From Iphione sp. A-MEVVRFRX5 (Eukaryota): a DNA stretch of 64,000 nucleotides. The stretch lies in contig OZ320321.1 of assembly GCA_976226885.1 (NCBI GenBank), positions 50,902,001-50,966,000 on the forward strand, in the 5' to 3' direction. Of this stretch, positions 1-13,658 are shown piece by piece. Position 1 is the stretch's first letter. The number at the start of each line of letters is the position of its first letter. Both the position numbers and the translations under genes were made by a program. Below the pieces are notes generated by a model. That model made no database searches. It was not told the origin of the DNA and saw only the letters and a program-made list of their open reading frames with translations.

Positions 1-2561
1 CGATGATCGTAGAACCTATTGTTTTTATTTGTTGCTCTTTAGAAAGGGTCTACAAAGTAGCAAGTGACACTATTAGGCAGCTAAATGCCATCCTGTTTCT
101 GTTCAACCGCTCTGTGTTAAAAGAAAGGGAAATTTAATTAGAACAGCTTGATTCGCGCTGAAATGTCACTAGCAAGTAGTTATCAGAAGAATGGCTAACA
201 GCTGAGGTTCCTCCCCTGATCTAATTTGGCTTTGTAGCCTTTGATTATCCGTATGGTGAAGCATTAATCGGGTGTTATTTTTCTGCATTCCGATGGATGT
301 TTGCTGTAAATACTGATTTCTTAGGAGCCGTTTAGGATATCACTTTCCACTGTGTACTATGTGTTCATTATTTAGGCCACAAAATTATAAAGCATCCCAT
401 ACCTCTGAGAGAAGCTACACGGAGCCCATTATGCATTGAGCTAAATTAGCCCTAAAGCTTCAGGTTCCATCCCCTTAAAACCGACACCATTCAGTATATT
501 TCTAAAAACCGCTTTCTACTATAGGCCGTTCAAAGGACGACATTTCCTCTTCCATAGTAGTAATGTATGGTCTACGAGACAAATACAATCACCGGAACCA
601 TTTACTGGACTTAACCGGAAATCCCTCCATCTTAACTTTTTGTGGCAGCCTAAATATATAAGATGTATTTAGAGTCAGCTCGCGCTTACCGAGGTCAACC
701 TATACAAAGATCCTTATTCCGACAAAAAAGAAATTTGGCTTTGGTTGTCAAGGGCTTATGAACATTTCAGTTCCTGAGAATTAGCAAATGGATTTGATAG
801 CATCTCAGGCTTATATATATGTTATTTATATGAGCATTTCAAACCAGCAACGTATAAATACCTCATAAAAACACACAGCATCCAGAACAACTCACAAAAC
901 AAAGCATAATGTGTTAGGTATCTCATGAAAACTGCACAGCATGCAAAAGCAGGGATAAAAACGAGCAACAAACGAAAATCACACAAAACACAGTTGACTG
1001 AATTTCAATACCTGAACCAACACCTTATCCGAACAATTTTGCTTTCAATATGCCCCACACGGAAAACGAGGGCTGACTGTAGAAAGTACGCAATGAAGTT
1101 CACCTGACATGCGTTATCATCACTGCTGCAGCTAAAGAACACGTTCTTTGCAGAGCCATGTGCCTGAGGTTAATGTCCACCTTTCCCATTCCGCTCACAT
1201 TTTCAGCTTCAGTTTACATGTTCACCTGTCTCATATATCCAATTATCAGTCAAAACGAGCTTATATGCCCCTGGTATGATGATGATTTAGCACACGTTGA
1301 TCTTCCTACGCACTGCCATTTGATGGTTTTGTCATATATGGAATTATTTATCGAACAGGCTTCAGGATAGTGACGTGTGCAGTGATTGTTTTATACGTTA
1401 ATTAATAGATGTATATTAGCACATTTAATGCGTCACTTAATGAAAAGACCTATGGTCTTGGTTTTATGACTTCTTCGTTCATAATGGTGTGGCATGACTT
1501 TAGTCCATCGGGTATCAGAAAAGATACGTGTGCATGGATTGGGTTTTATACATTTACGTCATCGCTTAATACTGCTTTAGTTTTGTTGCTCCCTTGTTTG
1601 TGATGGACTGTAGTCAGCGGTGATTTAAGAAAGTGACGCATTTAGTGACGGGGCACCACGTTCACAATCGCTGGTTGCCGCATCCCCTGTAGTCACCCTT
1701 GTCACTCCATTCTAAACGTTAAAAGTAACGGTAGAAGCACTACGAGCGTCATATACACAGAATGCAGCGATAGAGTGTAAAATCACGTCACTTTCCCAAC
1801 ACCTCTGCATTGCCAATATAATCATATGATGCCAAGGGATGTTGGAAGAGAGATTGGCTAATGTATCGGGGAAAAAAGGGATGGAAGTGGGTATTAGCTT
1901 GGATAGTGTTCATGTCATTCATGAATCATTTTTTGCAGTAGCCGGATTTCAGCACACCTCTTTCCCCGACGTCATGATAAGCGCAAGTTGTGCGCATGTG
2001 CTTTAATCGAACAGTCATCTGTTTGGCATCTTATAACGGCTCGTGCATAATTAATAGAAAAGTATAATACAATAGGCACTTTTGCATCGAGACTAGTTCA
2101 CCGTTCCAAGCAACCGAATCTATATATAGTTTACCAGGTGAAGCATCTAGTGGGTGAGCATGTGTAGGTACGGAAATACTTGTTTAGTGTTCAGTGATAT
2201 TTTGTGACAATACCTGCATGTACATAGGCCTACATGTGTTCTATGACATGGAAGGGGGCGACAGACTACCCCATTACCTGACCTCTCCCGACAATATATT
2301 CATGTATATGTATAAGTATACATGTATCATAATTATACAAACTAGAACCAGATCATTTTTACCCTGTCCATACCTCTATATCCCCTGTTTTGAAGTTAAG
2401 ATAAGACACTCCACGTGCTGTGAAAGCAAAGTCCGGTATACATTTTGTCTGTGGAAAAACTCCGTTGAAGGTCTTCTCTGATAATTGCCACTGTTTTTTT
2501 TTCATACAGAGACAGACTGCGATAAAGACCTTAAATCGAGTGTTTTCCTTTTTTATTGCAG

Positions 2562-2911
2562 AAGGGCCACGCGCATTTCCACGCCAAGGTGTTCCGCCAG
2601 GAGTTGTCCGAGACCGCCTCGGTGGACGAGCCGCAGGGACGCCTGGGTGACAGTGAGCGCTGGATGTCCTGGGAGCCAAAGGCACCTCTAGCGGTGCCCG
2701 ACAACATTGGCGACTCTACCGAAGACGAGGACGAAGACACGGACGAAGACCCCACCATTGAGGAGGACGAGGAGGCGGACGACGACGACAGCAGTGAGGC
2801 TAGGAAGGAGGTAGACGTGGAAGAGGAGGAGGAAGAGGAGGACGTCTCGAGGAAGCCGGAACAGCACGAAGGGGAATCCGTTGAGGAGACCAAGGAAGAG
2901 AGCAGGGGTAG
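2562..2911 (+). CDS. Internal exon of an unidentified gene (gene 1), acidic D/E-rich segment
   Basis: Acceptor ttttttattgcag|AAG at 2561/2562. Open frame KGHAHFHAKVFRQEL...EEEEEEDVSRK...ESRG. Donor AG|GTAACG at 2911/2912 is phase 2 and joins 5943 in frame. Confidence 0.7.
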
Positions 2912-3182
2912 GTAACGCTTACAGTCTCCGACTTGACTTCCCGTTTACTGGTCTTTAACTAGGGAGCTGTGTATATGTTGTATAAGGCAAAGAAATTATC
3001 TGTGTTTCCGGGAACATGCTGGGAAAAGGAAGGGTAGGTTTGTAGATGGTATTTAGTCTAAGTCTCTATCATTATTCATTCTGACAATATTCACAAAACA
3101 ATTAAAAAAATATTATCTTCTTTGGGGACCCAAAAGAAGGTTGGTCAGGTTAACGGAACAGTTTTTTTTTCTCCAGGCATAA

Positions 3183-3486
3183 GGCCTAATAAAAGAAGTT
3201 TTGTTTCCGGTAACCTGACTGAACCTACATTAGAGCCAATTTATTTTTTCTTGTTTTGTGTATATCCCCAGATTGAATGGGGATAGAGACTTGTTCTATA
3301 CACCATTTTCTTCCTTTTAGCCATAGCTTTCATTTGATATCACTTTCAGAGATGGTGTTACTATGTACATTTGTGACTTCCAGTATAAAGTAACTTTGCA
3401 AAAAATAGAAAGATAGAAAAACGCCACATATTGACCGACGCTCTCTTTTTTGGCATTTTACCAGAAACACAGAACTTTTTTAGGCC
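3183..3486. mobile_element. MITE-like element with imperfect TIRs (PIF/Harbinger-like ends)
   Basis: Left end GGCCTAATAAAAGAAGTTTTGTTTCCGGTAA; reverse complement of right end GGCCTAAAAAAGTTCTGTGTTTCTGGTAA. Flanks are TAA and CAA. No coding capacity. Confidence 0.55.
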
Positions 3487-5942
3487 CAAGCCCCATTGTT
3501 CTTGTCGATATCTGTTCCTCAGGTCTAACACATTTATGCGATAGGAACCATTACATTGAGAGGAAGGTCAAATCGACTTATTGTCTGGTATTAATGAGGT
3601 AATGAAATTGTCAAAGTAGTTTTTTTCACTTTTGCTATTGGAGGGCATCACAAGTAGTATAAGATGTACATGTATAAGTATCGACGGATTGACCAACATT
3701 ATCTGTTAATTGTTATTGATCTCTCTTTAAGGAACAGTCAAATAATCTTTTTTTGTGACTATTCGTTACCATACACGGCCACAGCATGTTGCAGTATATG
3801 GCGGTGCATTGATTCTCTGCCTGGACAGCGGCGCTCTGAAAGTCGCCGGTTTGCAGTGTGTTGGTTGAATGGTACGCATGCGTTTGCGGTACCCTGCTGG
3901 CATGGCTAGGAACCTCCCAAGATCTCCTGTGCTGTAATGAATTGAGGTGGCTGCACGACTACGGCCATTTATAATTTACATGATTGGTTGGGGAAAAATT
4001 CTCGGCTGACCTGGCGTGTACTCCTTTTCCCAGTTGGAGTGAAACGAAGCTGTGCTTTGCATGCTCGCCGACCGTTACCGTACGCTCTCTGCCTTGGCCC
4101 ATGCGCAGCGCTAGTGTCTCGTAAAGCTGATGTATACAGTGATACTACCTCCCATTGCTGTAGGCTTCAATAAGAAAGACACCTATGCAGTAGCAGGACA
4201 TACGACACCACTCACATGATCGTTTTTATCAAGAAAACGTTCAACCTTACAATACACTGAAATTCCCAACACACGTGAACGCATTACTTTTAATACAGTA
4301 TTATAGGTCTGTACTGTTTTGTTGATACCAAAAATGTTGCAAGAGGTGATACCATGCTCTATTTCTTAATATGCCCTTGTCGACAGTTAGTGTGATTTAA
4401 ACTGTAGTTTTCAGAGACAAATGAAGTGGGAACATATTTTCTTTTCATTTCCACGCCATTTGGAGGGATTTACATAGTTGACCACATAGTGCTTATGTGC
4501 AATCGTACCTCTGGTCATTTGAGGAGATGATTTCATTCATTACTCCAACTATTAATCAAGAAAGCTGTCCTTTGAGAATAATTAAGGCAAGATGTTGGTT
4601 CCGTATTCAGTTACTGGATGGAAGGACAAGAGTCGTCATATGCGGTACAAAAAAAATACGACTCAGACGAAAAATTAAAGTGACAGAAAACATAATATAT
4701 GTAGTCGTAATGGACATAATCCGTTAAATGCTGATGGATACAGTGTTCATTTTCCCAATTTGTTGCTGCTTTGTGATTAGTTTCCCCTTAGCTTCCTAAA
4801 TCTGCATCGTCTTTAAAGTTCATCCAAGTTATATACACTTCTCTGGATGAGCTTCTCACTGAAAACGAAATTACATCAGACTTACTCGACATAAATTATT
4901 GATATTCTCAGACGTATTACCATGCTGCTAAATGCAAGCATCTTACAACGAAATGTCTGACTCTCTAATCCTTTCCTGTATTTTTGGTCCCTCTTCGTGC
5001 ATAAAGTATAAAAGTATCTCTATTAATGTTGATGGTGGCAGTCGTAGTTCTACCGTCATTTTCTCCCAACTGCGTGCTATCCAGACACTGAGGAGAATAG
5101 TACCTTGATTAAAAGTATTTTGATGGAAGTACACCCGTTGCAACTTGATGGATAGAAGGAAGTGCTTAGTATTAATAACACAAAAAAACAATAGATTCTA
5201 ATAAATACATCGTCCTGATAGGGGCTAGCTCCATACAACTCTACTTTTCTCTTCGCTATATTTAGTGTTACCGATATTGACATATATTGTGGATAGATCG
5301 TCAATTTTATTTCAAAATTTAAGTGTTATATTAGTCACTTGTTACATTACAAGTTTATGAAAATTGTTCTGTTGAAACATATATATGTAAATAGTACGTA
5401 TTTAACCAGATTCTTCCAGAATTAGGCATTTTTGTAATTAAATATGGAAGCAGTCAGCCCACATTTAAAATCTATTTTTGATCCAGATGTTACCTTCAAA
5501 TGCATGACTTTTATACGATTCGAGCTTTCAATTAGTACCATCAGCTGTGCATTTTAACTTTGCATTGTTCAGCAGATTATTTTGCTTTCAATCTTTGATC
5601 AGTTTTTAATCTTTCATGTTGTTTAGCATTTTGTGTACGGTTTTCTTTGCTTTGGACAAGATGTTCATCGCACAGTTCCTGTTTTTGCTACGTTTCACTG
5701 ACTTTCTGTAATCACTATGAATTATTTCGGGAGACTGATTTCGGATTCTCGATATCAAGCCGCGGTCGCCACCAGAAGCTTCAATTTTGCATTTACTGCA
5801 GCCGACCTGCTTCTTTTCCACGTTTGTCTCGAAGCTCATTTTCAAGCCTCCCTCTGTTGCATTACATGTGTCCTTTTTCTTATTGTGACTCCACAAGGAT
5901 TGCGTTACCTTTTTTGGCATTTGGTCACATGGACTAACACAG

Positions 5943-6382
5943 GAGCCTCCTGTGTATGCCCTTCTCTGCTCGTACAGTGCTGCCCCTGGTGGAGGCAGGC
6001 AAGACAGCGAGCCAAGAAGGGGCAGAAAACGGGGAGAGGGAAGAAGGCGGGTCGCAGAGTGTGGCGACAACCAGGTACGACAAAGCTGGCACCGATCCAG
6101 GTCGCAAGGATGTCAAAGGTCGTGAAGACCGTGCCAAGGACGAAAAGAATGTGGGTGACCTGGGTCGCAAAGAAGGGAAAACTGGCCCGGAGACCACAGA
6201 AGAACGCCGGAAGACGCTCGTGTCTCCGGCGCCAAAGGTGCCCCCTAGTAGTCAGACTGAGGAGTCACAAAATGTCAGCACAACTGCAAGCATCATCACA
6301 CAGTCCAACGTCTTACTCAGAACTGGCCAATTTGAGTTGCCCATGAAAACGGCTCCGGTGTTTGACTCGATTCGGGAGAAAG
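5943..6382 (+). CDS. Internal exon of gene 1, charged low-complexity segment
   Basis: Acceptor ctaacacag|G at 5942/5943 matches the phase 2 of the preceding exon. Frame SLLCMPFSARTVLPLVEAG...VFDSIREK. Donor AAG|GTAGGC at 6382/6383. Downstream exons not resolved. Confidence 0.65.
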
Positions 6383-9300
6383 GTAGGCCCAGCTGTCCAT
6401 GTGATTATTCTGGCGTCCTATAAAACTATAGACTGATTTGACTTTCAGTTGGTGATTTGCGTAATTTTTTTAAAGACTACACCTTCCCTGTTTTCCCCTA
6501 TATGAAACATACATGTGAATGAATACACTTATTCATTTCATAGGACAGCAGTTGTGAACACTAGAGGTCATACAAGCTGCGAAATCAGCATACGTCTAAG
6601 TAGATAGATTAGGAGTAGCCGTAGATCTGGGATCATGATGACATGATAACGTTCCTAGACCGCTGCCAGCGATTAAAGTGGACTTAACGGGGCTTTTCAA
6701 TTTCACGCGGAAATAATCCTCCCTACTTACCGATCGATTGGCAGAAAAGCACCCTTCATAGATCACCGAAAACCACTTCGCAGTCAGTAGTACATTTACC
6801 TTAACTATCTACGCAGAATAGTGGGTCGTGAAGTAAAATTAATGCACTCGATAATGCATCTACTTCCTCGTAATCGTGTGCAACACAAATGGGTCTAACC
6901 CTCCATTTTCCTTTGAATAGGTAATTATGGTAATATAGAGGGATCGGCAGTGGAGCTCGCTTATAGCCATTTACTGCTTATCATATGCATACTACCTATG
7001 CAGATATGCATACAGTGGTATTAGTTCTTCCCTCAGCAATCTTGATATCATTTTAAACAGCATTCCGTCCATTGACATTTTGGTGAAAGCTGATGAATAG
7101 CTCTATTTGAACGCAGGAAGCGCAGCCCATCCCACTGTATAGAGTGTAGAGAAATCCGCACATATTCAAAACAGAATTAGAACGCCAAATATTTATTTAT
7201 GACCACATTTATATGTATGTTGTAACCATGATATATCTACCTTTCCTTCGAATATATATTCTTTTTATCTCAGTTCAGCTCTAAGTACAGTTGTCTGGTC
7301 CATGCAATTTATAAATAGATACATGTAAAACTGCAGTCTCACCGAAGCTGGCGTTATACCTGAACGCATAAGGAATTAAAGCATCCCATCATAGACGACG
7401 ATCAAAACAACAACTCTGCACCGTGAATACCCCATTTAGTTCATGTGATTCTTTCATTCAGACTACAACCTATACGTTTTAGGACCTGTCCTGAACAAAT
7501 TTTGTGAATTATTCGACAAATACGAGCTGGAAGATCTACAGATTGTCAGTCTTTGCACGGGAGGTCTTCAACATGATATATGCATGTATCATATGCAGTG
7601 GACCCTGCAGCTTCTAGTATAATCTATTCCCACAACCAATAGTTCCCATATAGCCGACAAGACAGCATAGAACAGGACATGTCGGTTAATGGGGGTCACT
7701 GTATATATGTGTAACACCTCCTACCAAATACAATATTTTGTGTAGTAAGGAAGGCAGTGTTTTCTCTAAGGCTGTACCCCCCTTAAGGGAAGGACCTTGT
7801 TAACTCTAGAAGCGGTGTGCTCACAAAAAAGTCTCTTATGCAAGGGAGATGTCGCTAGCCCCAACGTCCCTTTGCGGTGTTCGTTTGTGGTATAGGGCTG
7901 ATCCGCGAAACAATTTCTTCAAGATTAAGACTGACTGCTCATGCCCAGGGGATACACAGATATGTGCATGTATTGCAATACGCGGTACAAGCTAGCCTAT
8001 ATGCGACGCACAAAGTCAAAATGTATTTAATTTGGATACTATTTTCACAATGCATGTATCAGAGAGAACATTTGTAGGTCGTATAATAATCGGGATAATT
8101 TATTACTATGTGCTAGATAAATGCAACCACGCGATGTAGTCTATATAGCCCTTCGACTGTCTCTTCTATACGATCCATATCACCGACGTCATTCCGTGAG
8201 GATGCTATCTTGGAGCAAAGGTTAATCGTAGTCTGGCTTGTGCATGTTGTTTTTCTTAAAGAAATGGAGGTTTGCTGCTTCTTAGAGAGGCATACTCCCT
8301 CATTGCATGATACATCTGGCTGCCTATCCGGCACGCAGACGCCTATTGTGGCTTTTCGTGGAGAGTTTGGCTGTTATCACGCATTGGGGAGAAACCTGCT
8401 GTACAGGCTTCGCCGACTTAAAAAAACGACATCCACACAACTCGTATTAACCGTGTCATCAATACCAATATTGGAAATGAACATTTAAGTACACCAAGTA
8501 GATATAACCATAAGTAGACATCGTATCACACGTTCTTCGAAGCTATATTTGCTTTAGATTTATAGGCAATTTTCTACACGTATTCATTGCATATCATTTT
8601 TACAATGGTAATCATGGCGCTTAGTTTACATGTGTATTGATATTTTTCTCGACAAATATTGCGAGATACCTAACAGTAGGCTCTGGGCCGAAAGTATTTT
8701 CGGACAACGTTTTTAACAACCGAACATCATCCTGTATTCCTACCTTTTACTTACTGTTCAGATAGAGTATCATTCCACGTGGTAGGTGTGCCTGTGTGGC
8801 TCTGTTTCCAAGCAAAGATCAGGGTGAGAGGCAATTCAGCATCGATCCATACTGGTCAATAAGAAGTGGAATTGCATTGCGCAGGCATATTCCCAGATCC
8901 CCCCCTTCTACCCTCCGTCATACCACAGTCATCCTCTTACCAATCCACAATCGCCTTGTACACTGTCAGCGAAGACCCAACGCCCTGTCTGCAAGCTAAG
9001 CCAATCAGCCGTGGATTGACAGGGAGAGAAGAAACCAACGTCCGGCATAAAATCGATGAAAGTAGTTTGACAGCCACGGGGAGTCAGTCAGCACAGATTG
9101 AAAAGCCAGGTTATTTACGGCGGGGTGAGCTTTTCTTAGCTGTTGAGGGTGCGTAAATTTTGAAGTTTATTTTTTTTGCGCATATGTGTGCATGGGCGAG
9201 GTAGTGTAACGTTCTGCCGCTAAACGTCGCTCGGTAAGCGCCGGCAGGAGGAGGAGGAGATTCCTTTTTGTTTCCGAGCTTTTAAAGGATTAGCAGAACG

Positions 9301-10879
9301 AGGCGTGCCGGAACTTCTACTCTCCACTTTGTTTTATTATGAAATAACGGCAAAACATTGTCGGTCCCCCAAGCGGGTGCCTTCCACAAATAGGCTTGTG
9401 TATGATTGTCTTCGGCTTGATCGATAGTCTACGAACAAACATGGGTTCCAAGGAGATGGTTGATATAAATAATACTTCACGTTGTTCTTATCACTAGTTA
9501 TTGTATTCTATCTTGAAGCCTGTAACGCATAAAGGCCTGATTATTTATATTTTCCATTTTTTTGCAATGACTTTCAACAGGTCGCTCCAAAATTATATTC
9601 AATTGCAAGGATTTTATTATAACACTACCTTATGGGATAAAGATGCAGGTTAAAGCTTCATCATAAGCACAAAGATATATATTATTAAAGTGTTACATCC
9701 CAATTTCTAATAAAATGGCAACTAGGAGGTGGATCTTTGTTTACAGCCAATCCCTCGGCCATGGAACATTGTGAATTGTACGGCTTGGTTCCCCTTTTGT
9801 CATGGCGGCCCAATGCCTTTTAAAGTCAATAGCCTCCATCTTGGATCGTCCATGCTGGCCGTCACTGTGGTTACAGAGCCAAATGACGATTGTCGCAAAT
9901 TGCAACTGACATTGTCTAATTAGTTCACGGACGTCCCTGATGATGGCGCACATCGATCATGTCTGACGTAACCCCGTGTTGCGCGTTTGTTTGAGGTGGA
10001 CATACGGTGTGCATGTATCATGATGTAATACTCGGGCGGGTCCACTGAGTTCACCTTACTCTAGAGCAATGTTATCCACTTTTCGGCATGGCGTACTGCA
10101 TTACACACACATGTGAAATATCTTAACAGAATTCATACAGAAGCACATTCGGCTCTGCTTGTTCGGTACGATGTCCATTCCACATCTTTTGGACACATGT
10201 ACATCAGGTCGCATACGGTGATATGAATGTTTTTGAGGGTGAAAAAACATGTATCAGTTCATCTTACAAAAGGATGGCGGTTTCAGAACAAAAGGACCCT
10301 GTGGAAGTTTTTCTTTGCCCGTTATGTAGACTGGAGTTTCTGCGAATGTACAAACCAAGTACTTTCATTTAGGAAAGGGCTGTTATTTCCTGCTCGTAGA
10401 CCTGCATTGGTCAGAGAAACATTGCTGCACTGGCACGACCAAGGGTAACAAGGTCCGATACCCATGGGTCCGTAGATATTTGTTTCGTAGTAGGCAGCCA
10501 CCGCCAAACAGCAGGGCGTTTACTGACAGGATGGTACCGATGTAGGCCTACGTGTATATTTCGTAGGTAGAAACTCATCAAGTGTATGATTTCATATACC
10601 TCTGCACGCCAAGTATGTGTGTATACATGTATGTAGAAAAAGATTGGATTTTGCATAACGGGTGCCTATTTGGCATTTACATCTCATCAAAAGGGCTGAT
10701 TCTGCTATATGTATGTGGTGTACGTTACATTGAAAACCCTTACAACGAAGTGCTCAGGCCTATGCTTAATTTATCTGCTACATGTACATGTATATCATTT
10801 ATATTAATTTTGGTTAGACATGGGCTAGGTTCCTTACTCTGTGACTGCTACCACCGAGTTGTCCTATCACATACATGTG

Positions 10880-11064
10880 TATAGTGGAACCTCTCTACTA
10901 CAACCTCTCTACTACGGGCAGCAAAAGGACTGATCAAAAACTATCCATAAACAGGGGTGGCCTTTATAGCAGGAGTATTTGAACATGATTAGATAGGTCT
11001 GGTTATGTTTCCAGCCTGTTCATAGTCAGGGGTGTCCTTTATAGAGGGTGTCCTTAGTAGAGGT
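10880..11064. mobile_element. Degenerate TA-CAGTGGAACCTC-type MITE
   Basis: Starts TATAGTGGAACCTCTCTACTAC. The right part has GGTGTCCTT repeats and GTAGAGGT, a partial inverse of the left end; the terminal bases are missing. Confidence 0.4.
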
Positions 11065-12928
11065 GTATTTCCGTTCTGATATTCAAGATTAGGATATGCT
11101 GCCAGGCTACATTGATTCGTCATTGAAACACCACTTCTTTTCATTTTCATGAAAGTTTGATATTGAAAGCCTCTAAATGTAGATTAAATGCTTACCAACT
11201 TGGAGATCGATAATTATGGGTTACATTTTTCTCATCTTTTTTTATAGTCAGGTAGCTGATCATTATTAAACCTGTCTCTCTGTTGATAGCACGTCTCTTG
11301 CCAAATGCTCAGACACATGCAATGCGCTGCATTGGACAGGCTTGAAAAAATTGTTTTTCATTTCATTCTACCAGTTTTGTCATGAGCATGGCAGAAAGAT
11401 TAAATCGAGCGAGCGCATAAATGACTGAAATGCAGTAAAGGAAGATTAAAGTGTAATGGAGCAAAGCCCTAGGAAAACACCGTGATGTCAGGCCAACGGA
11501 AAATTAATCTTTCGGTCAATGTATTGCTGTGTTTTTTATAATGTGTTTTTTTGGTAATAACTTACACGATAGTGATAGATTGTTTTCATACGAAGTCTCA
11601 CGAATTCGAGCTATCCGTCTTTTCTAATTACGGTTTTTTTTCGCCAACGTGCTACATTCATACTGGCGTCCTTTTCTTCAGAAGATGAACGTATGCCCAT
11701 ATGATTACACTCTGGGCAGAAAAAGCTGATTATGGCTAGTCCTTGTCCTGCGGCAGAAATCATATTGTTGGTACTTCTTTAACATGCACCACTGCGGTAC
11801 AACGACTTTTTAAAAAACATTATCCCCAATTTGTTTTTCGGCTGTGGTTTCCTTCCTCTGCTTCCAGTTTATAAGACAACGTTTGCATCAGGCTAGGCAA
11901 AACGATCACCACGGGTAATTGATGTTAAGAAGCAGACGTCTTTTCTTGACTTCAATTAACAATAGAATAGCTTGTCTTACGGACTGATGTTCGTGGAACA
12001 ATCATGTTTCTACGTGCCTAGAGGTGTGTACAAGTAATATCCAAAAATGGGACCATTTACTCTCCTGAATTTCAGGCCATATTGTCACGTTGCAGCCAGT
12101 TCTTAAAATTCATTGCTCTTTATATTCAAGGACAAACATGTTGTTAATTGGTGTAATTTTTTTTGCTCGTCACGCAAGATTATTTAAAATTATAACGATG
12201 CCTTGCAGTTTCTATCAACACTTTCGGTCTTTCGCAGAATGGAACTGGGTCCTATCATCTGAGATTTTTATCAGCAAATTAAACTTATTTTGTTTATAAT
12301 ACATATCATTTCCTTCTAATTCCATAATATATAACATACTTGGATATTGAAATTTTGGAGGGTTGACTCCCTCCCCCCCACAACAAAATGTAGGAACTTC
12401 TTCATTCAGAGGCTTCAGTTTTCTACCAAAAACAAAGGCTGTCATGCAAGATGACAATTGGGACATGGTGGATTTTATGTTTGCTCTTGCTGCACAGGGC
12501 ACCTCTCACACCCTGATGAGTAAAGTTAATTACGGGGCTTCATTGTATTTTGTCGGATTCGTAATGCATCATGTTGAAAAGAAATTGAAGCCAGTCAGTA
12601 AGAAATCAGTGCGTGCTTCATCAAAACGTTACTTCCGGTAACCCTCCTCATCGGTTAACGTTTCACACACCGCTTGAAACTTCGTAAAAATATTCATTCA
12701 TTCCTTCAAATTTAATCTTAAGAAACTCGTGCTTTCTTATATACAAGTGCCATGGCACCATAATCATCTTTGGCAAGGGCTTTTAAATAGGTGTATGTGC
12801 CCATAGAGCTAATGACAATCATGTGAGAACCCTTGCCATAGCAGTTGTTCATTATTATATTGTAATAAAAAGAAGATATCGCCCTGTGAAATAAGCAATA
12901 ATAGGAAGGAACTTACACATTTCATTTA

Positions 12929-13127
12929 GGCAAAAAAAAAATGGGTGCGTTTCTGGTAACGACCAGCCAAAAACCTAGGTAGGGAGGGGGGTATCTTTTT
13001 TTTTTAGATTTTTTTCCAGTTTCTCCCTCTGGTTTTCAATAATAACAAAGACAAAAAAAATTTTAGGTAGGGTAAGGTTTTACTAGATAGGGGTGGGTTA
13101 CCAGAAACACACCTATTTTTTTTTGCC
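12929..13127. mobile_element. MITE with about 32-bp imperfect TIRs
   Basis: Left end GGCAAAAAAAAAATGGGTGCGTTTCTGGTAAC; reverse complement of right end GGCAAAAAAAAATAGGTGTGTTTCTGGTAAC. Flanked by TTA and TAA (TA on both sides). Confidence 0.7.
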
Positions 13128-13571
13128 TAATCATATTCTTTGTACGTGTTCCCTGTTGATTGATTTTAGTAATGGACTGTGCGTTGATGCTCATCTTTAC
13201 AAGTACAAATACATGTATAGATAACATGATTGAATGGGATAAAGAAATTCTGAAAACCAAATCACAACCTAAGGTCGAACCTCTATTTTCAATCACATCT
13301 ATTTCCAACCAAAACCACCGTTGTAACCATTTGAGCTGGAAACCAAAATATTCTCCTATGTTAAGCATATATGAAGTAACCAAGTTGTGACCAAATCGAA
13401 TGCCCACCAAATCCGCCCTGTGACCACACATGTTTGGCTTGTTTTTATTGTATTTTGATGCTTATTTACAACCATAGGTGTTGGGTGTTGGCTAAGGTGT
13501 TAGTGCAACCACCCAGGTGTGGAAGCTCAAGGTGTTACCATGACCCAAATACACCACCTTTAATTCATCAC

Positions 13572-13658
13572 ATTCAGCACTTTTTGGGCCTGTACTCGTC
13601 AAATTCAGCACTTTTAGGACTTTTAACTCGTCAAATTTAGCACTTTTAGGACTTATAA
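13572..13658. repeat. About 32-bp tandem repeat, about 2.7 copies
   Basis: ACTCGTCAAATT(C/T)AGCACTTTTAGGACTT recurs at 13594 and 13626, with a partial copy before. Confidence 0.85.

Noticed and set aside
2531-2893. Ser-rich - strand ORF
   Set aside because: It is the antisense mirror of the Glu/Asp-rich + exon.
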